DNA from: Carcharhinus longimanus
Taxonomy: Eukaryota
Reading direction: 5' to 3'
DNA length: 64,000 nucleotides
NCBI GenBank assembly: GCA_030264375.1
Contig: JASCQW010000132.1
Location: forward strand, 84,266,827 to 84,330,826
Shown piece after piece: positions 13,750-26,202 of the stretch (positions within the stretch are counted from its first letter, which is position 1; each line of letters begins with the position of its first letter). The notes under the pieces were generated by a model. That model was not told the origin of the DNA and did not search any database. It was given only the letters and a program-made list of their open reading frames with translations. A program made the translations under genes and the position numbers.

Positions 13750-14390
13750 TGTTCAATTCTGGTCACTACACTACCAAAAGGATGAGGAGGATTTTGAGAG
13801 GGTACAGAAAAGATTTACCAGGATGTTGCCTGGTGTGGAGGGCATTAACTATGAGCAGAGGTTGGAGAAACTCTCACTGGAATGACAGAGATTGAGGGGT
13901 GGCTTGATGGAAGTCTACAAGATTATGACGGGCATGACAGAATGGATAATCACAAGTTTTTTTACACAGAGGGTGGCGGGTGCTTGGAATTCGCTGCCAT
14001 GGGAGGTAATGGAAGTAGATACGATAATGACATTTATGGGGCGTCTTGACAAATACATGAATAGGATGGGAAGGATATGGTCCCCAGAAGGGTAGGGGGT
14101 TTTCGATCACACAGGCAGCAGNNNNNNNNNNNNNNNNNNNNNNNNNNNNNNNNNNNNNNNNNNNNNNNNNNNNNNNNNNNNNNNNNNNNNNNNNNNNNNN
14201 NNNNNNNNNNNNNNNNNNNNNATAATGACATTTATGGGGCGTCTTGACAAATACATGAATAGGATGGGAATAGAAGGATATGGTCCCCAGAAGGGTAGGG
14301 GGTTTTCGATCACACAGGCAGCAGGGTCGGTGCAGGCTTGGAGGGCTGAGGGGCCTGTTCCTGCTGTAATGTTCTTTGTTATTTGTTCTT
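13750..14390 (+). mobile_element. CR1/HER1 LINE 3' end
   Basis: Encodes ERVQKRFTRMLPG and LRGGLMEVYKIM..FFTQRVAGAWNSLP; ends GGGCCTGTTCCTGCTGTAATGTTCTTTGTT. Sequence is duplicated across the gap at 14122-14221. Confidence 0.88.
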
Positions 14391-14971
14391 TATTAAAGAC
14401 CAGATAGTGGCAATGTGAATGATCACATCACACATGGCAAGTACTGTCCCATCCACAGGACCAATTGCCCAGAGTGAGTATTCAGGTGACAATATCCCAG
14501 AAGAGTCCGGTGAATGGAAAGGTGCAAAAATTGCCGGACACACAAGAAAAGCTACTGGCAAATTTAAATATTGGTTGAATGTTCAGGATGATGGTCATGA
14601 AATGAGGTCCATAGACCGGCAGAATGGAGGTTGAGGGGTGGTGAACAAATGGACAGCACAAGTATTGATAATGAGTCCAGAAGAAAACCTGGAAGAAGAA
14701 AGAGCCTTTGATAGTGTAAGAGGGAGATATTGCTTTATTCGTCACAGCAGACATGTAATTGTGAGTAGAGTCTACAGCTTGAATAGCTAAACAATGAAAT
14801 AAAGATGACAGAACATCTTAGAACAGAAGTAAAAGTGGATGCTTTTGTGATCATGAAGTTTTGATGGCTGCCAATAAACTTGAGGATAAACTAATAAGAG
14901 GGGGAAAATGGAGAGAATAAGAAATGAGAGTGAGTTTGAAATGTATTCCAAGGTACCAGTTGAAGATAACT

Positions 14972-15292
14972 GGGCAGCATGGTAGCACAGTGATTAGCAC
15001 TACTGCCTCACAGTGCCAGAAACCAGGTTCAACTCCAGCCTTGAGTGACCAATTGGAGTCTGCACATTCTCCACATATCTTCATGTGTTTCCTCTGGGTG
15101 CTCCGGTTTCCTCCCACAGTCCAAAAATGTGCGGGTTAGGTTGATTAGCCATGCTAAATTGTCCCTTAGTGTCAGGGGGATTAGCAGGGTAAATATGTGG
15201 GGTTATGAAGATTTAGGTTGGGTGGGATTGTTGTCAGTGCAGACTCGATGGGATGAATGGCCTCCTTCTGCAGTGTAGGTGTTCTATGATTC
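14972..15292 (+). mobile_element. Full-length HE1-type V-SINE
   Basis: tRNA-like head GGGCAGCATGGTAGCACAGTGATTAGCAC..GGTTCAACTCC, V core GGTGCTCCGGTTTCCTCCCACAGTCCAAA, CR1-derived tail GAATGGCCTCCTTCTGCAGTGTAGG..TTCTATGATTC. Confidence 0.9.
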
Positions 15293-16387
15293 CGTAACCA
15301 ATTTTGACGCACAGGTGGATTTGTACTGAAAACATCCTTGCTGGTGGGACTAAGGCGAGAGTAATTGCTTGTGGTTTTGAAGAGTGACTGTGTTATTAGA
15401 TTGGACTGTCTCAAAACTAGAAAAACAAATTTTAAAATTGTTTTGCGACATAGTCCGAGAGTATAGGTCAAATGACGTAAAAGTTTACATTTCTGCAAAG
15501 TGACATTTTTCAGAAATGTTCTTTGGAAATAGTTCAGTGGCAACAGTTGGAGAAGGAAAGCTGTGGAAACCTAATAAATGCCTCAATGGTCTAAATGATG
15601 CTTCCACAGTAATGTATTTTTCAGAGAGAATGGTTTTGCCGAAAATAGGTTGTGTTCAATTAAACATAGGTCCCCCAAAGTTTTTGTTGGAATTGTGAAG
15701 ATAAACTTCCAGGCATCTTCATGATACATGTTGATGATTTCTGATGAAGTGATACTGCTGAATTTAAGAAAAGTATTGTTAATAAGATGAGGCTAGAATT
15801 TAAAATTGGAAGTCAGAATTGTGGGGCTTCTAAATATATTGGTTTAGATACTAAGGCATATATAGGTCTGAAAAAAACTTTAAATCAATGATCATATTCA
15901 GAGGGATTATTGTTCACATCCTGACTAATCATAAGGTAAAACACAGACAGATGGTCTTGTATGTAAAGAAGAGACAGAACATTTGCAAAGCTTGATTGGT
16001 CGGTTAAATGAATGCCGAAACTAGATCAGATGCTCATTTTGATGTCTTGGAGTTGAGTACTGCAACAAGATACCTTAAAGTGCAAAATGTTTTAAAGGCA
16101 AATAAAACATTAAAGGCAAATAAAAGTTAAATTTGGATAACTGTGTCCTTGCTGACATTCTTTATGTTTTAAAAGGACATGAAGCTAGTCATTTTTAGTA
16201 TTGCTTCATGTGCTAATTTTTTCTGATGTGTCTCTAATGCAGCTGGTTCAATAGTATTTCCAATGGGTGAGAATGTTATCACTCTTAGCATTGTAAACTA
16301 AGAAACTGGGGGAAAAAAGGTTGTTCAAAGTTATTCAGCTGCATCAAGAAACACTTTTGAAGGTAGTGGATATAGGATTCTATTTGC

Positions 16388-16741
16388 TTTATTCATGCAT
16401 CATGGGACATGGGCATCGCTGGCTGGCCAGCATTTATTGCCTAGTTGCTCGAGGGCAGTTGAGAGTCAACCACATTGCTGTGGCTCTGGGGTCACATGTA
16501 GGTCAGACCAAGTAAGGATGGCAGATTTCTTTCCCCAAAAGGTCATTAGTGAACCAGATGGGTTTTTCCGACAATCAACAATGGTTTCATGGTCATCAGA
16601 AGATTCTTAATTCCAGATTTTTTTAATTGCATTCAAATTCCATCATTTGCCGCGGTGGGATTTGAATTCAGGTCCCCAGAACATTAGCTGAGTTTCTGGA
16701 TTAATAGTCTAGCAATAATAGCACTTGGCCATCGCATCCCC
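16388..16741 (-). mobile_element. tRNA-derived SINE with GCAATAAATGCTGGCC..CCCATGTCCCATGA tail
   Basis: Minus strand has A-box-like TGGCCAAGTGC and degenerate B-box-like CTGAATTCAAATCCC. High identity to 48731-49071; the tail is shared with the LINE at 53416-54190. Confidence 0.8.
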
Positions 16742-17623
16742 TGTGTCATTGTCAAATATTTTGTACCATGAAGCTAGGATACCCAATGAATGTTATGTAG
16801 ATAATTGTTCCTTGTGGGGTAATATACATTCCAAAGAAAGTAGGAGTGAGTAAAATTTATGGATTGACCACATTGGCTTGAAACAAATGCTGGAGAGAAA
16901 ATAAGTCTCTAAAATTAAATGGGTGGGTGCTAGACATCAACTGTCAGATTGTTTTACAAAAAGCAATGTATGTGTGAAGAAGTTGTTAGGGTTGTTAGCT
17001 GTGAGGTATCTCACAGTGCAATGCTTTGAACAGAATCTGAAAGTTGTTGATTTAATTGCTTTTGGAACTCTGATTGTCTATGTAAACTCCTTTTTATTTA
17101 AAGAGAGAGATGGGAGGTGATAAATTGTATATGAATTGTTTTTAATTGTTTACAGTGGGTCTCAACCAAGGATTCAGTTAGAAAGGAACAGATTGAATCC
17201 AAATCTGTGGTTGTTGGGTTAGGACTGCGTGTTGGAAATCTTTAAGTCTGCAAACTTTTATAAAAGTTTGTATCCTTCACTACTTGGTTTTCTGGGGTAT
17301 AACACTAGGTAGCTACAAAGTGCATAATAAAGGAAGCAAATGTGTTGCAATAACAACAAACATGAGTCACTTTAGTATGAACAGATTGTGTGGCACAGAA
17401 CACTGCTTCCCCATTGTGTGTCATTCTGTCACACTCACAAGCTTAGACTGTGTGAGCTCACAAGGTATTGGTAACAGTACTTTCCTATTGGTTTCCAGAC
17501 AATCTTCTTTGTGTCAAGGGCATTTGAACTTCTGAGGTCATCAATATAAGTAAATCACAAAGAAGTCCAGTAGGGAATTAAAAAGAAATTCCTTTATTCA
17601 AACTCTGGTAAAAATATAAACTT

Positions 17624-17925
17624 AAAGTTTAAAGGTTATGGTTAGTGTCACAAGTAGGCTTACATTAACACTGCAATGAAGTTATGGAGAAAACCCCATG
17701 GTTGCCACACTCTGCTACCTGTTCGGGTACACTGGGGGAGAATTTTAGCACGGCCAATGCACTGAACTAGCACATACTTTGCTCATTGGGAGGAAACCAG
17801 AGCACCTGGAGGAAACTCATGCAGACACAGAGAGAACATGCAGACAGTGATCCAAACTGGGAATCAAAACCAAGTCTCTGGTGCTGTGGGGCAGCAGTGC
17901 TAACCACTGTGCCACCGAGCCGCCC
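17624..17925 (-). mobile_element. V-SINE with alternative (non-HE1) tail
   Basis: Head GGGCGGCTCGGTGGCACAGTGGTTAGCACTGC on the minus strand; tail TAACTTCATTGCAGTGTTAATGTAAGCCTACTTGTGAC. Confidence 0.85.
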
Positions 17926-17929
17926 TTTC

Positions 17930-18232
17930 AAAGTTTAAAGTTTAATAGTGTCTCAAGTAAGTTTTAAATTAACACTGCAATGAAATTACTGTGAAAATCC
18001 CCCAGTCGTCACACTCTGGCGCCTGTCGGGTACACTGAGGGAGAATTTAGCGTGGTCAATGCACCTAGTGAGCATGTCTCTCAGACTGTAGGAGGAAACC
18101 AGAGCACCTGGAGGAAACTCATGCAGACACGGGGAGAACGAGCAAGTTCTACACAGACAGTGACCCAAGTTGGGAATCGAACCTAGGTCCCTGGCACTGT
18201 GAGGCAACAGTGCTAACCACTGTGCCACCCTT
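17930..18232 (-). mobile_element. V-SINE with alternative tail, in tandem with 17624-17925
   Basis: Same head, V core and TTCATTGCAGTGTTAA tail. Confidence 0.85.
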
Positions 18233-18767
18233 GCTACCACAGCAAGTGGTTGAAGTGAGAAGTACAGTGCATTTAAGGGCACAGGCAGACAATTGGAGGG
18301 AGAAAGAAATAAATGGCTACAATAGTAGATTTAGATGAGGAAATATCAGAGGCGATTCAAGTGAAGCATAATTACTGGCATGGGCTAGTTGGGCCAAATG
18401 GCCTGCTTCTATGTTGTATATCCTATGTATATCAAAAGTTGAAAATGCCTGTAGTGTCTGTAGTTTTCACAATATAAAAGTCACATCACACATTTAAACC
18501 AGGAATTATTAGCTGCAAAACTAAGTGAGCAACTTTGCGGCAACATATAAATCATGGACGTGACAGCATATGCCAGTTTTTGTTCACCATATGGTGGGGT
18601 CAAGAAATAGTCATTGAATCCTGTGTGGGCAGTTGTGCCAAATGGGTTTTCATCTTGGATGCCTGCCTGCCTGCCCTAAGGTGAAGGTGTGCACTCCTGG
18701 GCCTTGACACCTTCATTGGTGAGGAGACACAATAACCTCCAAGTCCTTTCACTTAGGGGTTATCAAA

Positions 18768-18953
18768 ATCATAGAAACCCTGCAGCACAGAAAGAAGCCA
18801 TTCGGCCCATCAAGTCTGCACTGACCACAATCCCACCCAGGCCTTACCCCCATATCCCTACATATTTACCCGCTAATCCCACTAACCTACGCATCTCAGG
18901 ACACTAAGGGCAATTTTAACATGGCCAATCAACCTAACCCGCACATCTTGGGA
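18768..18953 (-). mobile_element. 5'-truncated HE1-type SINE
   Basis: ATCATAGAAACCCTGCAGCACAGAAAGAAGCCATTCGGCCCATC..CAATCAACCTAACCCGCACATC is the reverse complement of the 3' half of 14972-15292. Confidence 0.85.
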
Positions 18954-20530
18954 CAAATCTTCGGTAAGAGTCCAGGTTAAGACCCCAAGATGGGCCCTGA
19001 CTTCTATTGTCTGACGAATCAACATGCACACTTCCCTTCAGCATACATGTTCAGCCACATTCCCTCCAGGGGCACAGAAATTCGAGTCAGAGAGCATCAA
19101 CCATACTTATGTCTCTTTCTATGATGCCAACCTTGCCTGAAGATCAATTCCAAAGAAAGCTCAGTGGAATTTTCCACTGAAAGCTGTGCTCCAAATAGAC
19201 TACATTCCTGCCTAATTTGTGGTGTTTCTGCTGCCCTCCCACAGCCATGAAGAGATTGATCTTTGGTAGTTGAAAGTGCTTGCACCACAATAATCAGGAG
19301 CATGTGAAGCAACAAAAACAATCATGCAAATGATTCTTTATGATCATAACAACTCCCTCCTTTTGTATAACACTTTGCCGATGGGTACATCATATTACAT
19401 CAACTAACATTACAACAGTGAGAGACTGAAGGCATCTTGAAGACACGAAAGGCATTATATCAATGAAAGTCTTTTTCTTTTGCTTTTGTAAATTGTCTAG
19501 ATTTTGTGGTGATGATGACAGCCAAACTGCCAGTGTTTGCCATCATTAGTCCACAGAAACTGACAGCATCTTTAAAAGTCCACACATGTACAGAATAATG
19601 AGAAGATCCATAAACTGCTGTGATTCTACTTTTCTTCAGATGATGTGCTATTGAGCTGCCCCCAATGAGAAATCTGTAAATTGATTAGAACTTCCACTCC
19701 TAAACCATTAGTTACACTGTAAAAACCTTTGAACATGTCATACTTTGTTGGTTGAGCTGTAACTGGCTTACTAAATTAATAATTGCTGCTAAATACCTTT
19801 AATCAGTCTGGAAAGATAATTTCATATTTGTGCAAACTTCAATTTCTCCACTGTCATTAAATGATCTGCATTTAAAGATGATTTTTTTAAAGTTTGTTTA
19901 TATTGATATTTTAGCTTGTCCAATCAATCCGATCAATCATTTATTTTACCATGCAAATATTTAAATTAAAGGTGAAGGATAAAGTGTTTTCCACTTTCTG
20001 ATTTGTTCCCTGTGAGAATACTTCATTGTGATTGGTTGTTTACTTTGTTTGCTAACAGCACTGTGCTGGACATCTGGGCATCCCCTTGATTCCTGGGAAA
20101 GTGGAAAGCCACACCATAGAGTTTGCTAGATCTTATGGGAAACTCGGATTGTGATCAACAGCAAACCATGTTGTTTCACAGCCAACGGTCAAAATCCAAC
20201 CCTTTATGTTTGTGTGATCCGAAACTTTCCATAATCATGAGTGACTTACAGGCTGTGTTGTATAGGTATAGATGACCCATCCTAGTTATGTGCCCATGTG
20301 ATTTGTTCTGCTTTACTGGCTGCTGNNNNNNNNNNCCATTGCATTTCAACAGTAGAATAGAAGTGCTGGAAGTTTAGGCTAATAAAGTAATGATTTTCTA
20401 TGTATCACTGCGATATGCATTTTGACCAAGTTCTGTGAATAAGAGAAATGAAAACTATTTTCCTCACCGTCAGACATTTCAAACTATTTCTTGGTAACAG
20501 TGACAGCATCTCAGTGGTTTTCAGAGCCTA

Positions 20531-20762
20531 ATTTTTAACTCATTCAGGGGATGTGGTTATCAGTGGCCAGACCACAGATTTCCTTCTCTATAGGGTATTA
20601 GTGAACCCTCAACCATAATTTCACAGTCATCATTAGATTTTAAATTCCAGATTTTTATTGAATCCAGATTTCACCACCTGCCCTGCTAGGATTTGTGCCC
20701 TTGTCTTCAGAGTGTTGTCAGTGACTCTGGATTACTAGTCCAGTGACAATACCACTATGCCT
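20531..20762 (-). mobile_element. Internally deleted, older copy of the 16388-16741 SINE family
   Basis: Shares ATTAGTGAACC, ATTCCAGATTTTT and CTGGATTACTAGTC blocks. Confidence 0.65.
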
Positions 20763-22949
20763 TCATGATCAATTTCATAGTTTGATGCCAACAACATTAT
20801 TGCCCAGTACTGGATGTTCAGCTGACACAGGTCCCAAAACAACCATTAGTGATCCTGATAGGTGATTAAATTAGGTTCCCCACCATGGTCCATCTGGATG
20901 TAATTCTATAATTGTGCCCTTCCACACCTCCTCCCCACCTGACTCATAGCAAATCATCATCTATCAAAGTATCTCATCCTTACCATTTTCTACCTATTGA
21001 GCAGCTCTTGGGCTCTTATTCCTTCCTCCCATTCGGCTTTTATGAACCTTCTTTCGGCATACATGGCATAATGCACAGTTGAATTTTCAACAACTAGGTA
21101 GGTGCCTTCTCTGTAATGATAACATCTTTGTTCATTTGTTTTACACAAGTGTCCTCTCTCTACACTTCTACAATTCTGGATTCATCATTTTCTAGATGCA
21201 AAGAAACTGTGAACTTGTTTTTTTTCCCTAACAGTTCTATGCATTATTCAACATTTGTTAAATCCACAGCTCAGGCAAATTCACAACCAGACTTAGAAGT
21301 CAAGTCATTTTCTGATGGGACCTTTCTGAACGGAGGCTCTGAAGCAAAACATGCTCACATTCAAAAAGAGAGACAAGTTTATAGTCAGTACTTAATTGTT
21401 TCAAAACAAAATAAATGAAAGCAGATTCAGCTCCATTTCCATGCTGTGGCTCAGTGACAGCACTCTCAGTCACACTTCAAAGACAAAATTTTAAGAGCAG
21501 TGCTGAGGGAGCAGTCATGTCAGTAATCGCTCACCCTTTTGCCTCTTATTCATTTCCAGTGAAAAAGCTGAATATGCCACTGAGAGATCAGATGAAGAGT
21601 AAGAGAACACATTACAAGGTGAAACAATTACTTGACCTTTCCCTTACGTACACCAGAATGGGCATCAAACATACTTCAGAAGGTTGGTTAGAGGGGTCTA
21701 AACAGGGAGCTGCATCAAATACAGGAGTTCAAGGCTGGGGGCATAGGACAATCCCAGGAAGCAGCTTGCCCATTGAGGTGGACACTTGGTGCAACTGCGT
21801 GCACATTGTACACTCTTCCTATTTCTACCTAATTGAAACTGTACAATTGATATCTATGATCCGATCTGTATTCTTTAGCAGCCTTACTCCTGTTTAGATT
21901 GGCAAGTCCCTCACCTGTTTTCAGGCCCACACAAAGCAGATATTGTATTTAAAAGGGATGCAGAAGTTACCCAACCACAATTACAAATTCCAGAAGCAAA
22001 ATGGGCAGCTGTGAGTTAAATTTCTCCCCTGTACTTTCGATTTAAGAAAATGAATTTACTAAATTCCCACAGTACCTTTTATCCTCACAATATATAAATA
22101 GCTCCTAGGTTTGCCAAGAGTGCATCAATTCTGCAGTGGCTACTTCTAATAGACAATCCTCATCTGAGCGATCATGTTTTAAGTAGACATCTGCTAATGT
22201 GTCAGTACCTTACAGTGAGTCCTGCTACCTCCCACTGACGGGGAATGATTGCAACCGCCACAATGTCAATAGACAAATTTTCCACACATCCCAGTATAGA
22301 CATTTACAAGACTGGGAACATCAAGAATCAATTCTTGCATCTCGGGACTTTTCTAGCAGCCTATCCCCCCAATTTTAAATTTTCCTACAAAAAGGAATAA
22401 TGGCAGTGACACAGAATGAATGTAATGTTCTGAACAAAAAAAATGGTACAAGCACAAACAACAAAATTAAGCCTTAAAAATCATGCAACCATAGAAGAGT
22501 ATAGCAAAGCTGGGGGCTATTTGACCCATCAATTCTGCACTAGCTCTTCAAATTGTACAAATGAATAACAAAACTTAAGTTTGTTATTTTTAATAATCAT
22601 GTACATGTTTCTAAGTAACTTGAATAATTTTGCAGATATAGGGGCTAAGAAATTCATTTGCCCTGATTTCTGACTGTGGTGGTGGTGATTCGGAATCTGA
22701 ACATGATGGCAGCACAAAAACTGATGTATCCACTTCATTCCCCTAATTTCAGTGTGGTAAGAAGCAGCTTCAGCACTGAGTTGGTCATCTTTCCAGTGCA
22801 GGCAGGCATCTGCTGTGCACTCCAAGGTACTGAGTAGGATAAAGAAATCCCAGGCAGCCTTCCTATTTTAAAGGCACATATGAAGTCGCAGCAATGCTTA
22901 GCAAGTTGCTGGGATAATCGCATTGGAACACTGAGGAATAAGGAGAATA

Positions 22950-24700
22950 TTGCAGCAGAATAGGGAAAGGAATCCCTGCAATTGAGACAACAACTTGGAT
23001 GTGCTGGTCAGGGAAGTGGAGGCCGAGAAGTAGGCATGTGTCCATCAGGGAGGTAGGAAGCCATCAAAATTGAGCCTCAGCAGGGAATAGGAACATGTGG
23101 CAAGGATGGTTGATGCCCAATATGTGGCTCCCAGAACCCGGCAGTAGTGCCAACAAAGTGGTCAAGGTAAGTAAATATATCAATATATCTCACACTGTGA
23201 AATACGTCACACCTCCATCACTCACCCAATATCACATCCTGGCACCTCTGAACATACTTACACCACGCCTCATTCAAATGCAATGTTCAATCATGCCAGT
23301 CACATACACACTCCTACATACTTCTGTAAACCTACATTGTTCAGCTTTGACAGGCACATCATCAAACCACACAGTCACTGACATTCAGTTCACTCTCTTG
23401 CAAGAGAAGGTGGCCCACAACAGGAAAGAGACCCACAGGACCTGTTAGTAGACCAGTATGCCCACATACTTCAGCACCTTGGTGGAGATGGTTCATAGAA
23501 CCATAGGGCCTGAGTCACATAGCTTGTGGCGCTTGGTGATGCCTAGGCCATGATGGTAACCTATTAAACATTTCCCCTCACTCCTCATTTTGAAATGTGT
23601 CATCAAATGAAAATACAAGTGAAGTGACCTAGGACCTTTGAATTTCTTCACTTCTACTCTCTCTTTTGTATTACTTTTAGATGGTCAGGGTCTGCTGACT
23701 GTTCAGTCCCAGCAGCATCAACAAGAAAAATAGTTGACTTCTGAGGAAGAAGCACCATTACTTAAACTTTACACTCAGACGTCAGCTCAGATATTGCATT
23801 GCATATATCTTAGTGGGTTGTACAGAATGAAGATCAATGTGTGGTAAGTCATCTGTGGCAATGGAGCACAACCAAACCAAGGGGACAGGTCAGCTCATCT
23901 GCAAACTCCCTGAAGGGTGAGGTCACAGACAGCTTCTGCTGCAGTAAACTCAGATAAGGACCTCTGTCAGTTCCAGTGAATTCCAAAAAGAGTCATATTC
24001 TATTTGAACCATCAACTCTGTCTCTCCACAAATGTCATCAGACCTGATGAATATTTCTGGAACTTTCTATTTTTATTGCAGATAAAGACCTTGTTGGGAA
24101 AGGCTACAGAGAAACACTGAGAAACTTGGTGCATTGGCAGGCCTGGAAGACCGCCCATAGTTACCAGCTAGGAGCATGGAGGAGTCCAGTTCCAATATGT
24201 CACAGGGCATTGTTTGGAGCTTGGAGCCCATTTTTTCCAACTTGGAAGTAGTGGCACTTCCATCGCAACATAGTCAGACTGACACATGATGCAGGGTCCG
24301 ATGGCCTGTCGGCCTGTCTCAAATTAGAAAGCAGCAGGGGCACAGGAGACATCCTGCAATGAAGCTCAGCTGGATGGTAGCCGATTCCTGACTGCTGCCA
24401 TTGTGGAGGCAGGTCTCAGTCCTCAACGGAACTCCCACAACAGCCCAGCAATTTCTGTCCCAGCAGTTTATCAGGAGTGCTGAGGTGTCTCCCAGTGGGG
24501 GCTGCAGTGGCTCTGTGAAGCATGAAGTTGCTGTACTCTCCAGTACAAAAGCATTCCTGCTCCCAGCACTGCCACTTCCACAGTGCCTTTGTTGATGCCT
24601 CTCAGCCAGCTAAGCAAGGCTGCTGCCACCCGTACCAAGGTGCTGCTGGTTGAGTGTCCATTTAAATAGCCCAGGACAGGGCCCATCTTTGTTTCATAAC
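22950..24700 (+). pseudogene. Degenerate intron-containing Harbinger Myb/SANT-like gene relic
   Basis: RERNP..DNNLDVLVREVE..QGGRKPSKLSL..E*EHVARMV..APRTRQ*C, then AAG|GTAAGT at ~23167, resuming near 23400 with EKVAHNRKETHRT, the typical Harbinger Myb-like pattern. Confidence 0.55.
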
Positions 24701-24747
24701 ACCTATTTCAGGAGTATGGAAGATGCACATTTGTTGGACAAATGTGA

Positions 24748-24877
24748 TGGGGCAGGATTTTATGGCCTTGCTCATCCTGAAACTGTAAAATCCTGCCCCA
24801 GGTCGATGGGCCTTTCCATGCTCCAACCCTTGCCTGCTTCGATTCCCAAGGTGAGAGGAATGATAAATTTTCAGCTG
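24748..24877. mobile_element. ~130-bp MITE with a perfect 15-bp inverted repeat at its left end
   Basis: TGGGGCAGGATTTTA (24748-24762) and TAAAATCCTGCCCCA (24786-24800); related to 5762-5894. Confidence 0.55.
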
Positions 24878-25237
24878 ATATCTTGACATTGCATCACTTT
24901 GTTGATGACAATGATGTTATGATCTATTGCAACATCTTTGGGTGCACAAAGGGGATGCATTTGCATGTTCCGCTCCAGTTTATTAATACTATGCAAGTGC
25001 TGGAAAACCACACATACATCTGCCCAGAACCACCAGAAACGGTGCTACTTCTTCATGGCCACAGATTTTTTTTAAAGAGTCTAATTTTTAAAGACAGTTT
25101 TCATGCATTTACAATTATTATCCTAACTTGAGGTTTAAGATAATTGAAAGCATCTGAATTGCAAATATGACATTATAAGCCAAGTTCTCATCTCTTCCAT
25201 GGCTCCAAGACTGCACAGTAAATCCATGCATATATTT

Positions 25238-25365
25238 GGGCGGCATGGTAGCACAGTGGTTAGCACTGCTGCTTCACAGCTCCGGGGACCTGGGTTCGAT
25301 TCCCGGCTTGGGTTACTGTCTGTGTGGAGTTTGCACATTCTCCTCGTGTCTGAGTGGGTTTCCTC
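25238..25365 (+). mobile_element. Young V-SINE head, cut by a gap
   Basis: GGGCGGCATGGTAGCACAGTGGTTAGCACTGCTGC..GGTTCGATTCCC with intact A/B boxes and CpGs. Confidence 0.9.
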
Positions 25366-25469
25366 NNNNNNNNNNNNNNNNNNNNNNNNNNNNNNNNNNN
25401 NNNNNNNNNNNNNNNNNNNNNNNNNNNNNNNNNNNNNNNNNNNNNNNNNNNNNNNNNNNNNNNNNCACA

Positions 25470-25730
25470 GATTGTTAAGGCCAGACTTTAACCTCTCCAC
25501 TCATTGCTAAAGGTCAGACATTTCCCTCTCCTTCTGTTGCTAAGGGCAGAAATTCCCCTTTTCCATCCCCCCACCTGTACAGGTTGCTAAGGCCAGACTT
25601 TAACATCTTCACTCGTTGCTAAGGCCAGACATTCTCCTCTCCCCCCGTTGCTAAGAGGAGACTTTCCCCTGTCCTCCTGTTGCTAAGGTCAGACATTGCT
25701 CTCTCCTGCACTCATTGCTAAGGGCACGTG
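25470..25730. repeat. Degenerate ~32-bp minisatellite with TTGCTAAGG core
   Basis: About 8 recurrences of (G/A)TTGCTAAGG(C)CAGAC separated by pyrimidine-rich spacers. Confidence 0.8.
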
Positions 25731-26012
25731 CTCCCCTCCCCACCATCTCCCAAAACCCCCCTGCCCCCAGGGCTGATGGCCCCTGTTTGCTCAGGGCACT
25801 CATTCCCCTGTTGTTTGCAGTGGTGGAGACGGATGAGCCATGTGGCTGAGAGAGTTTTGCTGCAGTGTTTAGGTGGTATTTTGCTGCTTTAAATCCAGCT
25901 GTGTTTGAGATGGAGGATATTCAGTGAGCAGTGCCCTTCACTGTAAAGAGTTTTAATAATAACAATACTGCTGGACAGCATTACAGTGGAAACAGGAATA
26001 ATGAGACTAATT

Positions 26013-26202
26013 CCACACGCACACACGGACACGCTTGCACACGTGCACATGTGAACACATGCACAAGTGTACACATGCATACACACATTCAGACACCAAC
26101 ATGCAAACACATGCACACACATACGCCCACACATGCGTACACACATACACACATGCATACGTACAGATGCGCACACACATGTACACATACAGACACACAT
26201 GC
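26013..26202. repeat. Degenerate (CA)n/(RY)n microsatellite
   Basis: CACACGCACACACGGACAC..ACACATGCATACACAC; source of the spurious His/Thr and Cys/Val ORFs. Confidence 0.9.

Larger units (their letters stand above)
14400..17360 (+). mobile_element. Degenerate Ty1/Copia LTR retrotransposon (GalEa-like): linker, RT, RNase H, PPT and 3' LTR start; interrupted by two SINEs
   Basis: Peptides RKATGKFKYWLNV (~14545), THRWICTE..KARVIACGFEE (15307-15384), GKLWKPNKCLNGLNDAS (~15555), GIFMIHVDDF (~15712-15741), TRSDAHFDVLELST, KLVIFSIAS, QLSDCFTK (16938-16961); PPT AAAGAGAGAGATGGGAGG at 17100-17117 followed by TG. Confidence 0.85.
17530..18430 (+). mobile_element. CR1 LINE 3' end split by two SINEs
   Basis: TCCAGTAGGGAATTAAAAAGAAATTCCTTTA..AAATATAAAC | SINEs | TTGCTACCACAG..GCATTTAAGGG..TTGGGCCAAATGGCCTGCTTCTATGTTGTA forms a continuous CR1 3' end. 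Confidence 0.65.

Noticed and set aside
21415-21897. 160-aa plus-strand ORF
   Set aside because: No domain or splice support; it overlaps degenerate SINE and DNA-transposon fragments.
25238-25310. tRNA gene
   Set aside because: The A/B boxes belong to a SINE head that continues into the SINE body; no terminator or proper acceptor stem.
25470-25730. CRISPR-like repeat-spacer array
   Set aside because: Spacers are mutually similar and pyrimidine-rich, and units are degenerate and irregular: a minisatellite.
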